In this document: positions 17,609-27,871 of the stretch, piece after piece
How the letters are laid out: each line of letters opens with the position of its first letter
How positions within the stretch are numbered: position 1 is the stretch's first letter
DNA from: Capsulimonadales bacterium
Lineage (GTDB): Bacteria > Armatimonadota > Armatimonadia > Armatimonadales > Armatimonadaceae
Length of the DNA stretch: 62,763 bases
NCBI GenBank assembly: GCA_033762295.1
Contig: JANRLW010000089.1
Location: 1 to 62,763 of the forward strand
Direction of reading: 5' to 3'
Translations under genes and position numbers: made by a program
Notes under the pieces: model-generated
Told to the model about the DNA's origin: nothing
Databases searched by the model: none
Seen by the model: only the letters and a program-made list of their open reading frames with translations

Positions 17609-18406
17609 ATGAAACAGGGAATATATCAGCGTCTTCCGCTGGCGCTGCTGGCGGGTATTGTCGTACTGACGGTCGGCGTCGTTCCGGCGTCGGCGCAACA
17701 GTCCGCATCAAAATCCAGGAAGCGTTCGGCAGCGGTTCGTTCCAAGCGAACGACGACGACGCGGACCGCGCGCCAGGGCCCCCTGGTCACGGTGAGTTTC
17801 GACAACGTCCCGGTACGAGCGGCGTTGCTGGAACTGTTCCGGAAGGGACGGAGGGACTATTCGATCGACGGTGATGTGCAGGGGATCGTGAATTTGAAGG
17901 CGACGCGAAAGCCGTTTTCGGACGTTCTTCGTCTGCTGTCCGCGAATGCGACGACTCCACTGACCTATACGGTGCAGAACGGCGTCTATTTCGTTCGTCC
18001 GGTGGCAATACGAAGCGTTCGAAGCGCCGGGGCATCGGTCGCGCAGACGGGGGGGAACCTTCCGGAGGACCCGGCCCGGTTAGCGGAGGCGGCGGAGGTG
18101 AACACGCCGACGGTCCGGTATCCGTCCGGCGTGCAGGTCGGTGGTCAGGCTCCGGCATTTCCGTTAGGGGTTCCGGGGTATCCGGGACTGGGATTCCCGC
18201 AGAATAATTTCGGTGGAGCATTCCCGGTGTACCAGTATCCTTCGTTATATGTCCAACCGTTTGCGGGGGTTCCTTTCGGCGGCGGGGCGAACGTCTTCTA
18301 CCAGACCCCGTTCGTCGGCGTCGGTCCGGGAACGACCGTTATCGGTACGGGTCCGGCGACGGTGACTCCGGTGACGCCGACCGTGCCGAATAATCCGGTG
18401 CCGTAG
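17609..18406 (+). CDS. Paralogous secreted STN-like domain protein with Pro/Gly/aromatic tail
   Basis: Signal peptide ending ASAQ; VTVSFDNVPVRAALLELF...DYSIDGDVQGIVNL...PFSDVLRLL. Confidence 0.75.
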   Translation: MKQGIYQRLPLALLAGIVVLTVGVVPASAQQSASKSRKRSAAVRSKRTTTTRTARQGPLVTVSFDNVPVRAALLELFRKGRRDYSIDGDVQGIVNLKATRKPFSDVLRLLSANATTPLTYTVQNGVYFVRPVAIRSVRSAGASVAQTGGNLPEDPARLAEAAEVNTPTVRYPSGVQVGGQAPAFPLGVPGYPGLGFPQNNFGGAFPVYQYPSLYVQPFAGVPFGGGANVFYQTPFVGVGPGTTVIGTGPATVTPVTPTVPNNPVP

Positions 18407-18433
18407 ACCGGATCGCCGGTGTAGCCGGGTCGT

Positions 18434-20140
18434 TCAGGGTTTCCCGTCCCCTTCGGTCAGGGTGTGACGGGTGTTCACGGCGACGGTCGGCCAGGTTTCC
18501 GTAAGGCCGCCGGCCCACCGAACGGTGACCGCGACCGTCCTGCCCGTGTCCTTGCCCAGACCGAAATGTACCCGGGGATCGGACGAGGAAAAAAAGGAAC
18601 CGTCGGCGTGACAGATGCGGGTCCGGGTCGTGTTTCCGATCCGGACGGTCACTACCGCGCCATAGGCATCCCGATGTCGTTTTTTCCCTACCAGGCGAAG
18701 TGTCAGGTAGTTGCCGCCGTCGGTCGTTTCGTTATGCAGGAGCAGGGGAGGGCCTTCGCCATCGACGATCAGAAGGTCGATACGTCCATCGTTATCGTAG
18801 TCGCCGGTTGCGAGTCCGCGCCCGACGATCGGTCGTCGGGCTTCCTCGCGGATCGATTCCCCGAGATCGGCGAAGCGTTGGCCTTTTTCGTTGCGGAAGA
18901 ACCGGGTGGGCTGTCGGTAGGTGAGTTCGGGATTGATATCGGCGATGTTGTCCGACGTGTGGCCGTTCGCCAGAGCCAGATCGAGCCATCCGTCGTTGTC
19001 GAAGTCGAGCCATTTGACTCCGAAGGCGACGTCGGGGCTGGTGGGAGCGACCAGTCCCATCGTTTGTGACACCTCGGAGAAGAGTCCGTCTCCTTCGTTG
19101 CGATAGAGGGGCTTATCTTCACGGGCATAGGCCGTCACCATCAGGTCGATTTTCCCGTCGTTATCGAAATCGCCCCAATCCAGACCCATTCCGGCGTAGG
19201 GTTTTCCGGCGGGTCCGTAGGCGGTTCCGGCGGTGTCGCCGATGTTTTCGAACTTCCCTTGCCGGTTGACAAGAAGGTCGCCCGGCACGCCGTCATTGGC
19301 CAGGGCGAGGTGTTGTCTTCCGGAGTTATCGAAATCGGCAAACGCGACACCGAGGGTTTTGCCGCTGACCGTGTGTGCGCCCCAGTCCTTCGTCGCCTCC
19401 CGAAAGCGGCCGTTCCCCTGGTTCAGGTAGAGGACGCCCTTTTCGGGGGCGTAGCCATGGGGCGTGCAGGCGGTCATAATGCCGTTGGTGGCGCACAGTT
19501 GGGGCGCATCGGGTCCGAATCGGACATAGTTTCCCACGTACAGATCGAGAAGCCCGTCTCCGTTGATATCTCCCCAGGCGCAGGCTCCGCCCCAGGGCTG
19601 CGGGGTCATTCCCGATGTCGGGGTGACGTTTCGGAAGCGTTTCCCTTCCTCGTTGCGGAAGAGCAGGCCGGTTCGGAAACCGCTGATGTAGAGATCGGGG
19701 AAGCCATCGTTGTCATAGTCTCCGACGGCGCAACCACGGAAGTCGGCCTGCGTATCGTCGAGGCGCAGGGCGGCGGTGACGTCGGAAAAGCGTCCTTTTC
19801 CATCGCCCCGGTAGATCGCGGGACGTGGTCCGATCAGGAGAATGTCCAACCGGTCGTCCCGGTCATAGTCGAGGAAGGCGCAACCGTATCCGATGGTCTG
19901 CAGGATATTCAGGGGTCGTTTTGTCGGTCGGGGCCAGCGGTAGTTCAGTCCGGCGGCCGACGTCACGTCGCGGAAGGCGACCGGCGAGGGGGCAGTCGGC
20001 GAGGAGGCGGGTGGCGACGAGGGGCCGGGCGAGGCAGTGACCGGGCCGGTTTCGTTTTGTCGGGGCGACAGGCATCCGTACAGGACGGAGGGCAGCAGGA
20101 GGGCGAGAAGCGACAGTGGGCTAACGCGCGGCGTCGGCAT
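18434..20140 (-). CDS. CRTAC1 family protein (FG-GAP repeats + ASPIC/UnbV), probable lipoprotein
   Basis: Repeated GDYDNDGxxDL motifs; SSSDPRVHFGLG; LYGC lipobox-like. Confidence 0.92.
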   Translation of the reverse strand: MPTPRVSPLSLLALLLPSVLYGCLSPRQNETGPVTASPGPSSPPASSPTAPSPVAFRDVTSAAGLNYRWPRPTKRPLNILQTIGYGCAFLDYDRDDRLDILLIGPRPAIYRGDGKGRFSDVTAALRLDDTQADFRGCAVGDYDNDGFPDLYISGFRTGLLFRNEEGKRFRNVTPTSGMTPQPWGGACAWGDINGDGLLDLYVGNYVRFGPDAPQLCATNGIMTACTPHGYAPEKGVLYLNQGNGRFREATKDWGAHTVSGKTLGVAFADFDNSGRQHLALANDGVPGDLLVNRQGKFENIGDTAGTAYGPAGKPYAGMGLDWGDFDNDGKIDLMVTAYAREDKPLYRNEGDGLFSEVSQTMGLVAPTSPDVAFGVKWLDFDNDGWLDLALANGHTSDNIADINPELTYRQPTRFFRNEKGQRFADLGESIREEARRPIVGRGLATGDYDNDGRIDLLIVDGEGPPLLLHNETTDGGNYLTLRLVGKKRHRDAYGAVVTVRIGNTTRTRICHADGSFFSSSDPRVHFGLGKDTGRTVAVTVRWAGGLTETWPTVAVNTRHTLTEGDGKP

Positions 20141-21320
20141 ATCGTTTCCTCAACGCTTCAAGGGCGGCACGGGCGGTGTCCGCGCCGACATTCCGGTCGA
20201 TCATCTGGCGGTAGACGCCGACGGTATCGCGGATATTGCCGCGAGATTCGTAGAGGCGGGCGAGTTTTATGCGCAAGGCGGCATCCTGAGGATGGGCGTC
20301 CACCTGCGATCGGAGGGTGCGGATCTCGGACTTATAGGCGATGATTTCCCGATGCCGGGCGACGGCGAGGGCGGCTTCTTTTTGCCTTCCCAGTCCACGA
20401 TAGACGGAAATCAACAGGAAATGGATCTCTTCGTCACCGGGGTTGCCTCGGGCGCCCTCTTCGAGGAAGGGAAGCGCCTGTGACCATTTCCGTTCCTTAC
20501 GATAGGTTTCCCCCTGATAGCGCAGGGCCATGACGCGCCATGCGGGTGCCAGGTCGGAGGGTTGCAGTAGCGGGGCGAGGATTTGTCGCGCTTCCTCGTA
20601 GGCGGCGGGGGTCGTCGCCGAGTCGATCAGGGCGTTCGCCAGGTAGAGACGCGGTTCGGGTTGGAGGGGAGCAAGCCGTACGGCGTCCCGGTATCGGGGG
20701 ATCGCTTCGGCGTACTGTTTTTGCAGCTCCTCGACCCTGCCCATTCCGACAACGGGTTGCCAGTCGTCGGGGGTCAATTCGGCGGCTTTTCGGAAGGCAT
20801 CGCGGGCCGTGTCGAGGTGCCGCAACAGCAGGCCGGTATCTCCGATCAGACGCCAGTAGTCCGGTTGTCGGGCGTCGATTCGGGCGGCCTGTTCGGCCAG
20901 ATCGAAGGCGGTGGGGTAATCGCCGTTTCCCTGTGCGATCTTTGCGCGTTCGAACAGAGCGGGTGCGCAGGCGGGATGGACTTTGAGGCATTCTTTGAGG
21001 ACGAGGTCGGCCGCGCCGCCGCCGCCGACGAACCCGGTCGCCTTCGCCCAGAGGAGCCAGGCTTCCGGGTCCTGGGGCTCGGCGCGGACGGCTTTTTCGG
21101 CGGCGGTGGCGGCGACGTCGTACCGTTTTTGCTCGATCGCGCGACGGGCGAGGGTCATTTGTACCCCGGCATCGGCGGGGGAGGTTCGGCTATTTTCGAG
21201 AAGGCGATCGAAGGAGGCGGTCGCGAGGTAGTTCTGCCGCATCGTCTGGCGAATTCGGAGTCCGCCGGCGACAAGCACCGTCACTCCCAGCAAGATCAAC
21301 AAAATACGTCGGCGTGTCAC
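20121..21320 (-). CDS. Tetratricopeptide repeat protein with N-terminal membrane anchor
   Basis: Repeated A..A....P TPR pattern; overlaps CRTAC1 start. Confidence 0.85.
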   Translation of the reverse strand: MTRRRILLILLGVTVLVAGGLRIRQTMRQNYLATASFDRLLENSRTSPADAGVQMTLARRAIEQKRYDVAATAAEKAVRAEPQDPEAWLLWAKATGFVGGGGAADLVLKECLKVHPACAPALFERAKIAQGNGDYPTAFDLAEQAARIDARQPDYWRLIGDTGLLLRHLDTARDAFRKAAELTPDDWQPVVGMGRVEELQKQYAEAIPRYRDAVRLAPLQPEPRLYLANALIDSATTPAAYEEARQILAPLLQPSDLAPAWRVMALRYQGETYRKERKWSQALPFLEEGARGNPGDEEIHFLLISVYRGLGRQKEAALAVARHREIIAYKSEIRTLRSQVDAHPQDAALRIKLARLYESRGNIRDTVGVYRQMIDRNVGADTARAALEALRKRYADAAR

Positions 21321-21460
21321 ATCGAGCCTGCTTTTCCACGTTACTTCGCTTCCTTATGCTACCATACGGACCGGTTTTGTTCCTTGGTGCCGGTCCGTTC
21401 CGGAATGGCCGGTTTTGCGTTATACTCAGGCAGCGAAATCCGTGTGGGAGCGAGGGTGGC

Positions 21461-22447
21461 GTGAGCAAGCGATTACTGGTAACCGGCGCGACCGGCAAGG
21501 TGGGGCAGGCGTTTTTGCGGGCATTTTCGGAGGACGGGCGTTTTGCCGACTGGAGCGCGCGGGCCTTCTGTCATAACCGGCAGCTTTCCCCGACCGACCG
21601 AATGGATGTGGTGCGTGGATCGATCGCGCGGCGTGAGGATGTTGCGCGGGCAATGGAGGGTGTGACCCATGTTCTGCATCTGGCGACGGTCAAGGAGACG
21701 CCGGACGAGATCATGGATGTCGCCGTCAAGGGGATGTTTCTGCTACTGGAGGCTTGTCGGCAGAGCACGGAGTTCGAGCAGTTTCTTCTGGTCGGCGGGG
21801 ACGCGGGCGTGGGGCATTTCGTGTATCCGCATCCGATCCCGGTGACGGAGACGCAGCGTCATTCGGCCTACCGGGGGTGTTACGCGCTGTCGAAGGTGCT
21901 GGAGGAGGTGATGCTGGAGCAGTATTACATCCAGTACGACCTGAACGGCTGCTGTCTGCGCGCCCCGTGGATTATGGAGAAGGATGATTTCCGTTACACG
22001 CTCAGTTTCGGCGAGGATGTTTTCGGGGGTCCCCGGTGGCGGGAACTGGTTTCCGTTGCGGAGGCGGAGGAGTATGTCCGGACGCAGACGGTTCCGGTGA
22101 TGCTGGACCCGAACGGCGAACCGGTGCTGCGAAATTTCGTGCATGTGGACGATCTGGTGTCGGCGATTCTGGCGTCTTTGGACCATCCGAGGGCGCGTCA
22201 GCAGACGTTCAACATCTGCATGGACGAACCGGTCGACTACCGGTTCGTCGGCGAGTATCTGGCGCGGACGCGCGGTTTGCCGACGACGGATATCGTTACG
22301 GAGTTTCACCGGACGTGGCTGGACAATTCGAAGGCGAAGTTCCTTCTGGGATGGCGTCCCGCGTACGACACGGCGCGTCTGATCGATGCCGCCTGGGCGT
22401 ACGAGCGTTCCGCCGACGACCCGCGAATTATCTGGTATCCGGGTTGA
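21461..22447 (+). CDS. NAD-dependent epimerase/dehydratase family protein
   Basis: LLVTGATGKVG, HLA, YALSK, RNFVHVDDL. Confidence 0.9.
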   Translation: MSKRLLVTGATGKVGQAFLRAFSEDGRFADWSARAFCHNRQLSPTDRMDVVRGSIARREDVARAMEGVTHVLHLATVKETPDEIMDVAVKGMFLLLEACRQSTEFEQFLLVGGDAGVGHFVYPHPIPVTETQRHSAYRGCYALSKVLEEVMLEQYYIQYDLNGCCLRAPWIMEKDDFRYTLSFGEDVFGGPRWRELVSVAEAEEYVRTQTVPVMLDPNGEPVLRNFVHVDDLVSAILASLDHPRARQQTFNICMDEPVDYRFVGEYLARTRGLPTTDIVTEFHRTWLDNSKAKFLLGWRPAYDTARLIDAAWAYERSADDPRIIWYPG

Positions 22448-23201
22448 TGGATGTCGGCCGATGGACGGTGGCGTCGGCCTGGCGGAGTTTTTCGGCCGGC
22501 GAGATGAGCCAGCCGGGGACGAGTTCGATCCCGCCGTACTCGCCCATTTCGGCGAGGCAGGGGAGGGAGTTGGTCCGGAGGCAGTTGTCGTTCAGATAGG
22601 ATTGTTTGACCCAGAGATCGGCGCAATAGATGGTGGACCCATCGGTGAAGGAGTTGGGCAGGCGGCGTCGGCGGTAGGGAACGGCGACATCCTCGGAGGT
22701 GAGTCCGGCCAGGAATCCTCGATCGGTATCGTCGGTGAACTTCCCCTTCATGGAGTAGATGCGATCGGCGAGATAGCGCATATATTCGCGGTCGCTATCG
22801 ACTTCGGGCTGGAAGCTGAACAGCACCATGCAGGGGAGGGTCTGGTCGCCGGGCTGTAGCAGGGCGGCGTGCGCCTGAACGACGTATCCGGTGACGGGGA
22901 CTCCGTTCTGGACGACCCGTCGGAGGTGGTGGAAGCGGACCTGGGTTCGTTGCACCCGGCGCAGTCCGATGATTCCGCGGACGACGAGGGCGAGTCCGAA
23001 CGGGATCAGGGGCCAGACGGCGGTGACTCCCTGCACCAGGAAAAAGATCACCAGTCCGGTCAGCAGGGCGGACCCGAGGGTGAGGGCGGCCATCAGATAC
23101 CAGCGCCGCGGGTCCCGAGGCGCGTACTCCCGGTCCAGAAACGCGATGAAACGTTCGTTTACCGATGTGTTGGTTTCGTATCGGGCCGGAAGAGATTCCA
23201 T
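22428..23201 (-). CDS. Hypothetical membrane protein (2 N-terminal TM helices)
   Basis: Two hydrophobic segments followed by a soluble domain; fills gap between known genes. Confidence 0.7.
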   Translation of the reverse strand: MESLPARYETNTSVNERFIAFLDREYAPRDPRRWYLMAALTLGSALLTGLVIFFLVQGVTAVWPLIPFGLALVVRGIIGLRRVQRTQVRFHHLRRVVQNGVPVTGYVVQAHAALLQPGDQTLPCMVLFSFQPEVDSDREYMRYLADRIYSMKGKFTDDTDRGFLAGLTSEDVAVPYRRRRLPNSFTDGSTIYCADLWVKQSYLNDNCLRTNSLPCLAEMGEYGGIELVPGWLISPAEKLRQADATVHRPTSINPDTR

Positions 23202-23393
23202 GTTTAAGTCGCTTCCCTGTCTATTTTCGGATTTTCCCGACGGGGTCCGGGTTCTATACGGATGACGCGGTCACCGGTGGTCAGGTTGCGGCGGTCCGAC
23301 CCTCATTGGTGAGACGGTTTGTTCCATCGTACCATAACGCGGCCTTCCGTCAATGGGTTTTTGCGCAGGTTTCCGCATGGTTTGAGAAAGAAT

Positions 23394-24254
23394 TCACGAG
23401 CCGGCGAGGACGGCCTCAACGGCTTCGCGCATCCGATCGATGGACGGCTCGCGTCCGGTCCAGTGTCGGAAGGAGATCGCGCCCTGTCGAACCAGCATCT
23501 CGATACCGTTCTGTGTTCGGCAGCCGGACTCCCGCGCCTGACGGAGGAGACGGGTTTCGATCGGGTTATAGATCAGATCGACCACGAGCAGTCGTCCTGG
23601 CAGCGTCGCGGGTACGGGCAGGACCTCCTCGGTGTGCGGGGCCATGCCGACACTGGTGGTGTTAACCAGAAGGTCGGCATTTTCGAGGGCGTTCCGGAGG
23701 GCGGGTTCCTCCAGTGCGGTAAGGTCGATGTGTGGGTCCGGGAGTCCGTCGGTGACGGCCCGTACGAGGTCGGCGGCGCGGTTCGGGGTGCGGTTGGCGA
23801 CGATCACGTGCGCTCCGGCTTCGAGGAGGGCGCGGATGACGGCGCGCGCGGACCCGCCTGCGCCAAGAACGACGGCGCGGGTTTGCGGTCGGACGGGCAG
23901 TCCGGCATGATGGAGCGCGGCGAGGAATCCGGGGCCGTCGGTGGATTCGCCGTGGAGGCGGCCCTCGCGATGCACGATGGTGTTGACGGAACCGATGGCG
24001 CGTGCGGATTCGGAGCAGGAGTCGAGGTAGGGCAGAACCCGTTCCTTGAGCGGGACGGTTACGTTAACGCCGACGATATTCAGCGCGCGGACTCCTTCGA
24101 GGGCTTGCCCGACGGATTTCGGGGCGACGGCGAAGGGGACGTAGACCCAGTCGAGGCCGAGGTCGGCGAAGGCGGCGTTGTGCATGGCGGGTGAGGCGGA
24201 GTGGCGTACGGGCCATCCGAACACGCCGACGACGGAGGTGGTTCCCCGGACCAT
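23394..24254 (-). CDS. aroE: Shikimate dehydrogenase
   Basis: GWPVRHSASPAMHN, NVTVPLK, TDGPG, GAGGSARA, NTTSVGM, DLIYNP. Confidence 0.96.
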   Translation of the reverse strand: MVRGTTSVVGVFGWPVRHSASPAMHNAAFADLGLDWVYVPFAVAPKSVGQALEGVRALNIVGVNVTVPLKERVLPYLDSCSESARAIGSVNTIVHREGRLHGESTDGPGFLAALHHAGLPVRPQTRAVVLGAGGSARAVIRALLEAGAHVIVANRTPNRAADLVRAVTDGLPDPHIDLTALEEPALRNALENADLLVNTTSVGMAPHTEEVLPVPATLPGRLLVVDLIYNPIETRLLRQARESGCRTQNGIEMLVRQGAISFRHWTGREPSIDRMREAVEAVLAGS

Positions 24255-24256
24255 GT

Positions 24257-25783
24257 TTATTCGGCGCTCACGACTTTGATTTCGTACCGGCCGAGGTCGG
24301 CGGCATTGGTGAAGAAGTCGGTGATTTCGCCTTCGGAGAGTTTGAGGTGGGTGGCGTCGGCGTAGGGAACGCCCCAGGTCGGTTCGAGGGCGACCCAGCG
24401 GTCGACGCCATCGGGTCCGGTCCCGACCCAGACTTCGGGCCAGGCGTGTCCGAAGAACGACGAGCCGGCATAGGCGAGACCGACGCACTGTTTGGTCGGG
24501 AGTCCGGCGGCGCGGGCGATGGTGGTGAAGAAGAGGGTGAAGTCACGGCAGACGCCGCGCGGGTCGCGTCGGAGATCGGTGGCGGCCCGGAGGTTACTGA
24601 TGGCGGGATCGGGCTTCATCGTTCCGGAGACATAATCGGAGATGCGTGCGGCGGCGCGTGCGGCGTCGGTTTCTCCGGCGAGGATTTTCCGGGCGAGGTT
24701 TTTGAATTCCGGGTGGTCGGCGGTGACGAACAGGGTGGACTCCAGATAGGGGCGGAGGTGTTCGGGCGCTTCTTTCGGGGCGGTGAACAGACGCACGGTC
24801 GGCGTTTCCGGAAGAGGGCGGGCGGTCACGGTGACGGTGGCGATCTCACCGCCGCCGCTGGGATCGGGCGAGTAGGTGACGGTCTGGACCGAGTCGTCCT
24901 TGGGCAGTTTGTTGAGTCCGTTTCTCAGTTCGTAACGGACGGTCCGGAGTTGTCGAGGGTCTTTCAGTTCGACGCCGGACGGTTTCAGACCGGCGACGGC
25001 GAGGAGTTCGGTCTTTTTCCCGGCCGGAGCGAGGGCGACGTTTTTGGGTTCGCGTCGAATCTGCATCCCGAGGATGCTGTCGGTGCGGAGCATATCCCCG
25101 GCTTCGTTCAGGTACATGGTGGACGGCGAGAGCGGATTTTTGTCGACGACTTTGTAGGCGCTGACGGTCTGGCCGCCGACCACGATGGGTTCCTTGCTGA
25201 CGACGCGGATCTCGGAATCGACGATTTTGAGGAGGACCGGGTCCGCCATGAACATCTTCCCTTTGAGCACCATTCCGACGCGGGGGGTATCGCCGCCGCT
25301 GCCGGTCGGGTCACTGAGGAAGGCTTCACCGGGTTTGAGGTAGAGGGTGTCTTTCTTGATCGATCCGGTGACATCGGCTTCGTAGCGGACGCTGTTCCGG
25401 GTGAAGAACGCCTTAACGACGGAGACGGCCCCTCCGGAGTCGGTTCGGGATTCGGTATAGAGCGGGTGTCCGGTTTTGGGTTCCGTGTAGGAGGTGGTGG
25501 TACTCTCGATGGCGGTCCGGGTTCCCATGACGTTCATGTCGATTGCGAGGACGGTATCGGTGCGGACGGCCGGACGGTTGTTCCAGGCGGCCCGGTCGTT
25601 TCGTGTCATGGACACGTATCCGAGTTTGTTATCCTTCATATAGACGCCGTAGTAGGATGTCTCACGGGGGGACGAGACCGGCGGTTTTTGAACGGCGTCA
25701 TTGGGGTTCCGGGCAAGGCTCGCGGAGGCGACGCCGAGCAGGAGAATCAGTGCGGCGATCAGGAGGCGGCGATTGTTTTTCAT
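24257..25783 (-). CDS. Secreted transglutaminase-like domain protein
   Basis: Signal peptide; GVCRDF, GHAWPEVW, WVALEPTW. Confidence 0.88.
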   Translation of the reverse strand: MKNNRRLLIAALILLLGVASASLARNPNDAVQKPPVSSPRETSYYGVYMKDNKLGYVSMTRNDRAAWNNRPAVRTDTVLAIDMNVMGTRTAIESTTTSYTEPKTGHPLYTESRTDSGGAVSVVKAFFTRNSVRYEADVTGSIKKDTLYLKPGEAFLSDPTGSGGDTPRVGMVLKGKMFMADPVLLKIVDSEIRVVSKEPIVVGGQTVSAYKVVDKNPLSPSTMYLNEAGDMLRTDSILGMQIRREPKNVALAPAGKKTELLAVAGLKPSGVELKDPRQLRTVRYELRNGLNKLPKDDSVQTVTYSPDPSGGGEIATVTVTARPLPETPTVRLFTAPKEAPEHLRPYLESTLFVTADHPEFKNLARKILAGETDAARAAARISDYVSGTMKPDPAISNLRAATDLRRDPRGVCRDFTLFFTTIARAAGLPTKQCVGLAYAGSSFFGHAWPEVWVGTGPDGVDRWVALEPTWGVPYADATHLKLSEGEITDFFTNAADLGRYEIKVVSAE

Positions 25784-25793
25784 CGGGCAGCGA

Positions 25794-26750
25794 CTATTCT
25801 TTAGCAATGCCTACAGGTACGGGAATCCGGTTCAAAATGTCCCCGATCACGGCGGTATCGGCGATACCTCGCGCCCTGGCTTCGGGTGAGAGGACGGTCC
25901 GGTGGGCGAGGACATAGGGAGCGAGGCTTTTGACGTCGTCGGGCAGGGCGTAGTTGCGTCCCTGCATGGCGGCGTGGGCCTGAGCGGCGTGCAGGAGGGC
26001 GAGCGATCCGCGCGGGCTGGCTCCGATTTCGATCTGGTTGTGGTTGCGGGTGGCGGTGACGATGTCGACGATGTATGCCTGAACCGACGGGTGGACGAAG
26101 ACCGAGCGAACGGCATCCTGGAGGGCGACGAGTTCCTCAGCGGAGAGGAGCGGCCGAACGTTTTCGATCGGGTGGCGATGAACCTGCAGGGAGAGGATTT
26201 TGCGTTCGTCGTCCTGGGTCGGGTAGCCGATACCGACGCGCATCAGGAACCGGTCCAGCTGCGCTTCGGGCAGGGCATAGGTTCCGGCGTGTTCGATATT
26301 ATTCTGGGTGGCGATGACGAAGAAGGGTCGTGGCAGGGAGTGGGTGATACCGTCGCTGGTGACCTGAAGTTCCTCCATGCATTCGAGCAATGCGGCCTGT
26401 GTTTTCGCGGTGGTCCGGTTGATTTCGTCGGCGAGGATGATATTGGCGAAGACGGGACCGGGTCGGAATTCGAAGTCCTGGGTTTTCTGGTTGTAGATCG
26501 AGGTGCCGGTGATATCGGCGGGGAGGAGGTCCGGCGTAAACTGAATCCGTTTGAAGAGGCATCCGAGCGACAGGGCGAGGGTTTTCGCGAGGGTCGTTTT
26601 GCCGACGCCGGGGATATCTTCAATCAGGAGATGTCCGTTGCAAAGCAGGGCGACGACAGAGAGTTCGACGGTTTCTCGTTTGCCGACGATGACCGTTTCC
26701 ACCCTTTCGACGACCTGTCGAATCCGTTCCGCCATTTCCGCTGTGGGCAT
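25794..26750 (-). CDS. MoxR family AAA+ ATPase
   Basis: [50 protein letters not shown]. Confidence 0.96.
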   Translation of the reverse strand: MPTAEMAERIRQVVERVETVIVGKRETVELSVVALLCNGHLLIEDIPGVGKTTLAKTLALSLGCLFKRIQFTPDLLPADITGTSIYNQKTQDFEFRPGPVFANIILADEINRTTAKTQAALLECMEELQVTSDGITHSLPRPFFVIATQNNIEHAGTYALPEAQLDRFLMRVGIGYPTQDDERKILSLQVHRHPIENVRPLLSAEELVALQDAVRSVFVHPSVQAYIVDIVTATRNHNQIEIGASPRGSLALLHAAQAHAAMQGRNYALPDDVKSLAPYVLAHRTVLSPEARARGIADTAVIGDILNRIPVPVGIAKE

Positions 26751-26854
26751 AAATCGCGTCTGTCCCTTGCCAATTAAGCGTTTCCGGGATCAAGTGTACC
26801 ACAAACGAGGAACCCCTGTTAGATTCTCCGGCAACCGTTTCGAAAATGGGGGCA

Positions 26855-27796
26855 TCAGGCGACGTAGGGGCCTTCGCGCAGGGTCACGCCGTCGTCGGTG
26901 GCGACGCACCAGTTCCATTTGCCGTGGACACGATCGAACCCGGATTCGGAGGCGGCCGCCCCGACGGCTCCGTCCTTGCGCAGGGCGATGAGTGCGGCTC
27001 CGTAGCGACCGTGCTGTTCCGGCGGTCGTTTGCGAAGGAGGTACCGGATCGCCTCGGCGCAGGCTTCGGTGGGATCGAATCCCTGTTCCATGAGCAGGAC
27101 GGCGCGATAGGCGAGGCAGGCTTTCATCATTTCGTCGCCATGGCCGGTGGCGGAGACGGCTCCGACGGCGTTATCGACGTAGAGGCCGGAACCGATGATG
27201 GGCGAGTCTCCGACCCGTCCGGGGACTTTCCAGGCCATCCCGCTGGTGGTGCAGCCGACGGCCAGGTTGCCGTCGCGATCGAGGGCGCACAGTCCGATGG
27301 TGTCGTGATCTTCCGGCGTGCCGGCGGTTTCTCCGTGGGTGAAGTGGGCGACCTCGGGTCCGCTTCTGCGCTGTTGCCAGTCGGCATAGGCATCGGCGGC
27401 GACGGGTGACAGAGTTTCCTCCGCCGGGAATCCTTCGCGTTGGGCGAACCGGCGGGCGTTATCGCCGACGAGGAGGACATGGGGGGTGCGTTCCATGACC
27501 CGTCGGGCGACGGAGATGGCGCATCGGACGCCGGTCAGTCCGGCGACCGATCCGGCGGCATGGGTTCTTCCGTCCATGATCGCGGCATCGAGTTCGACGA
27601 CCCCGTCGGCATTGGGCAGTCCGCCGTACCCGACGGAGGAGACTGTGGGGTCGAGTTCGGTGACATTGGCCGCGCGTTCGACGGCATCGAGGGCGGTTCC
27701 GCCGGCGGCGAGCAGGCGGAATCCGGTTTCGGCGGCGTCCCTGCCGAAGGGCCAGGTGGTGACGATGACGGGTCGGATGAGCGAAGTTTCGGGCAT
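26855..27796 (-). CDS. N(4)-(beta-N-acetylglucosaminyl)-L-asparaginase family Ntn hydrolase
   Basis: SVGYGGLP, ELDAAIMDG, HDTIG cleavage site, TTSG..K.PGRVGDSP. Confidence 0.92.
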   Translation of the reverse strand: MPETSLIRPVIVTTWPFGRDAAETGFRLLAAGGTALDAVERAANVTELDPTVSSVGYGGLPNADGVVELDAAIMDGRTHAAGSVAGLTGVRCAISVARRVMERTPHVLLVGDNARRFAQREGFPAEETLSPVAADAYADWQQRRSGPEVAHFTHGETAGTPEDHDTIGLCALDRDGNLAVGCTTSGMAWKVPGRVGDSPIIGSGLYVDNAVGAVSATGHGDEMMKACLAYRAVLLMEQGFDPTEACAEAIRYLLRKRPPEQHGRYGAALIALRKDGAVGAAASESGFDRVHGKWNWCVATDDGVTLREGPYVA

Positions 27797-27871
27797 ACGT
27801 AGAGTATACCGACCGACCGTCGTAAATCCGCCGACCGTGCGTTCCGGACCGGGATCAAACGCGGTTTGGCG

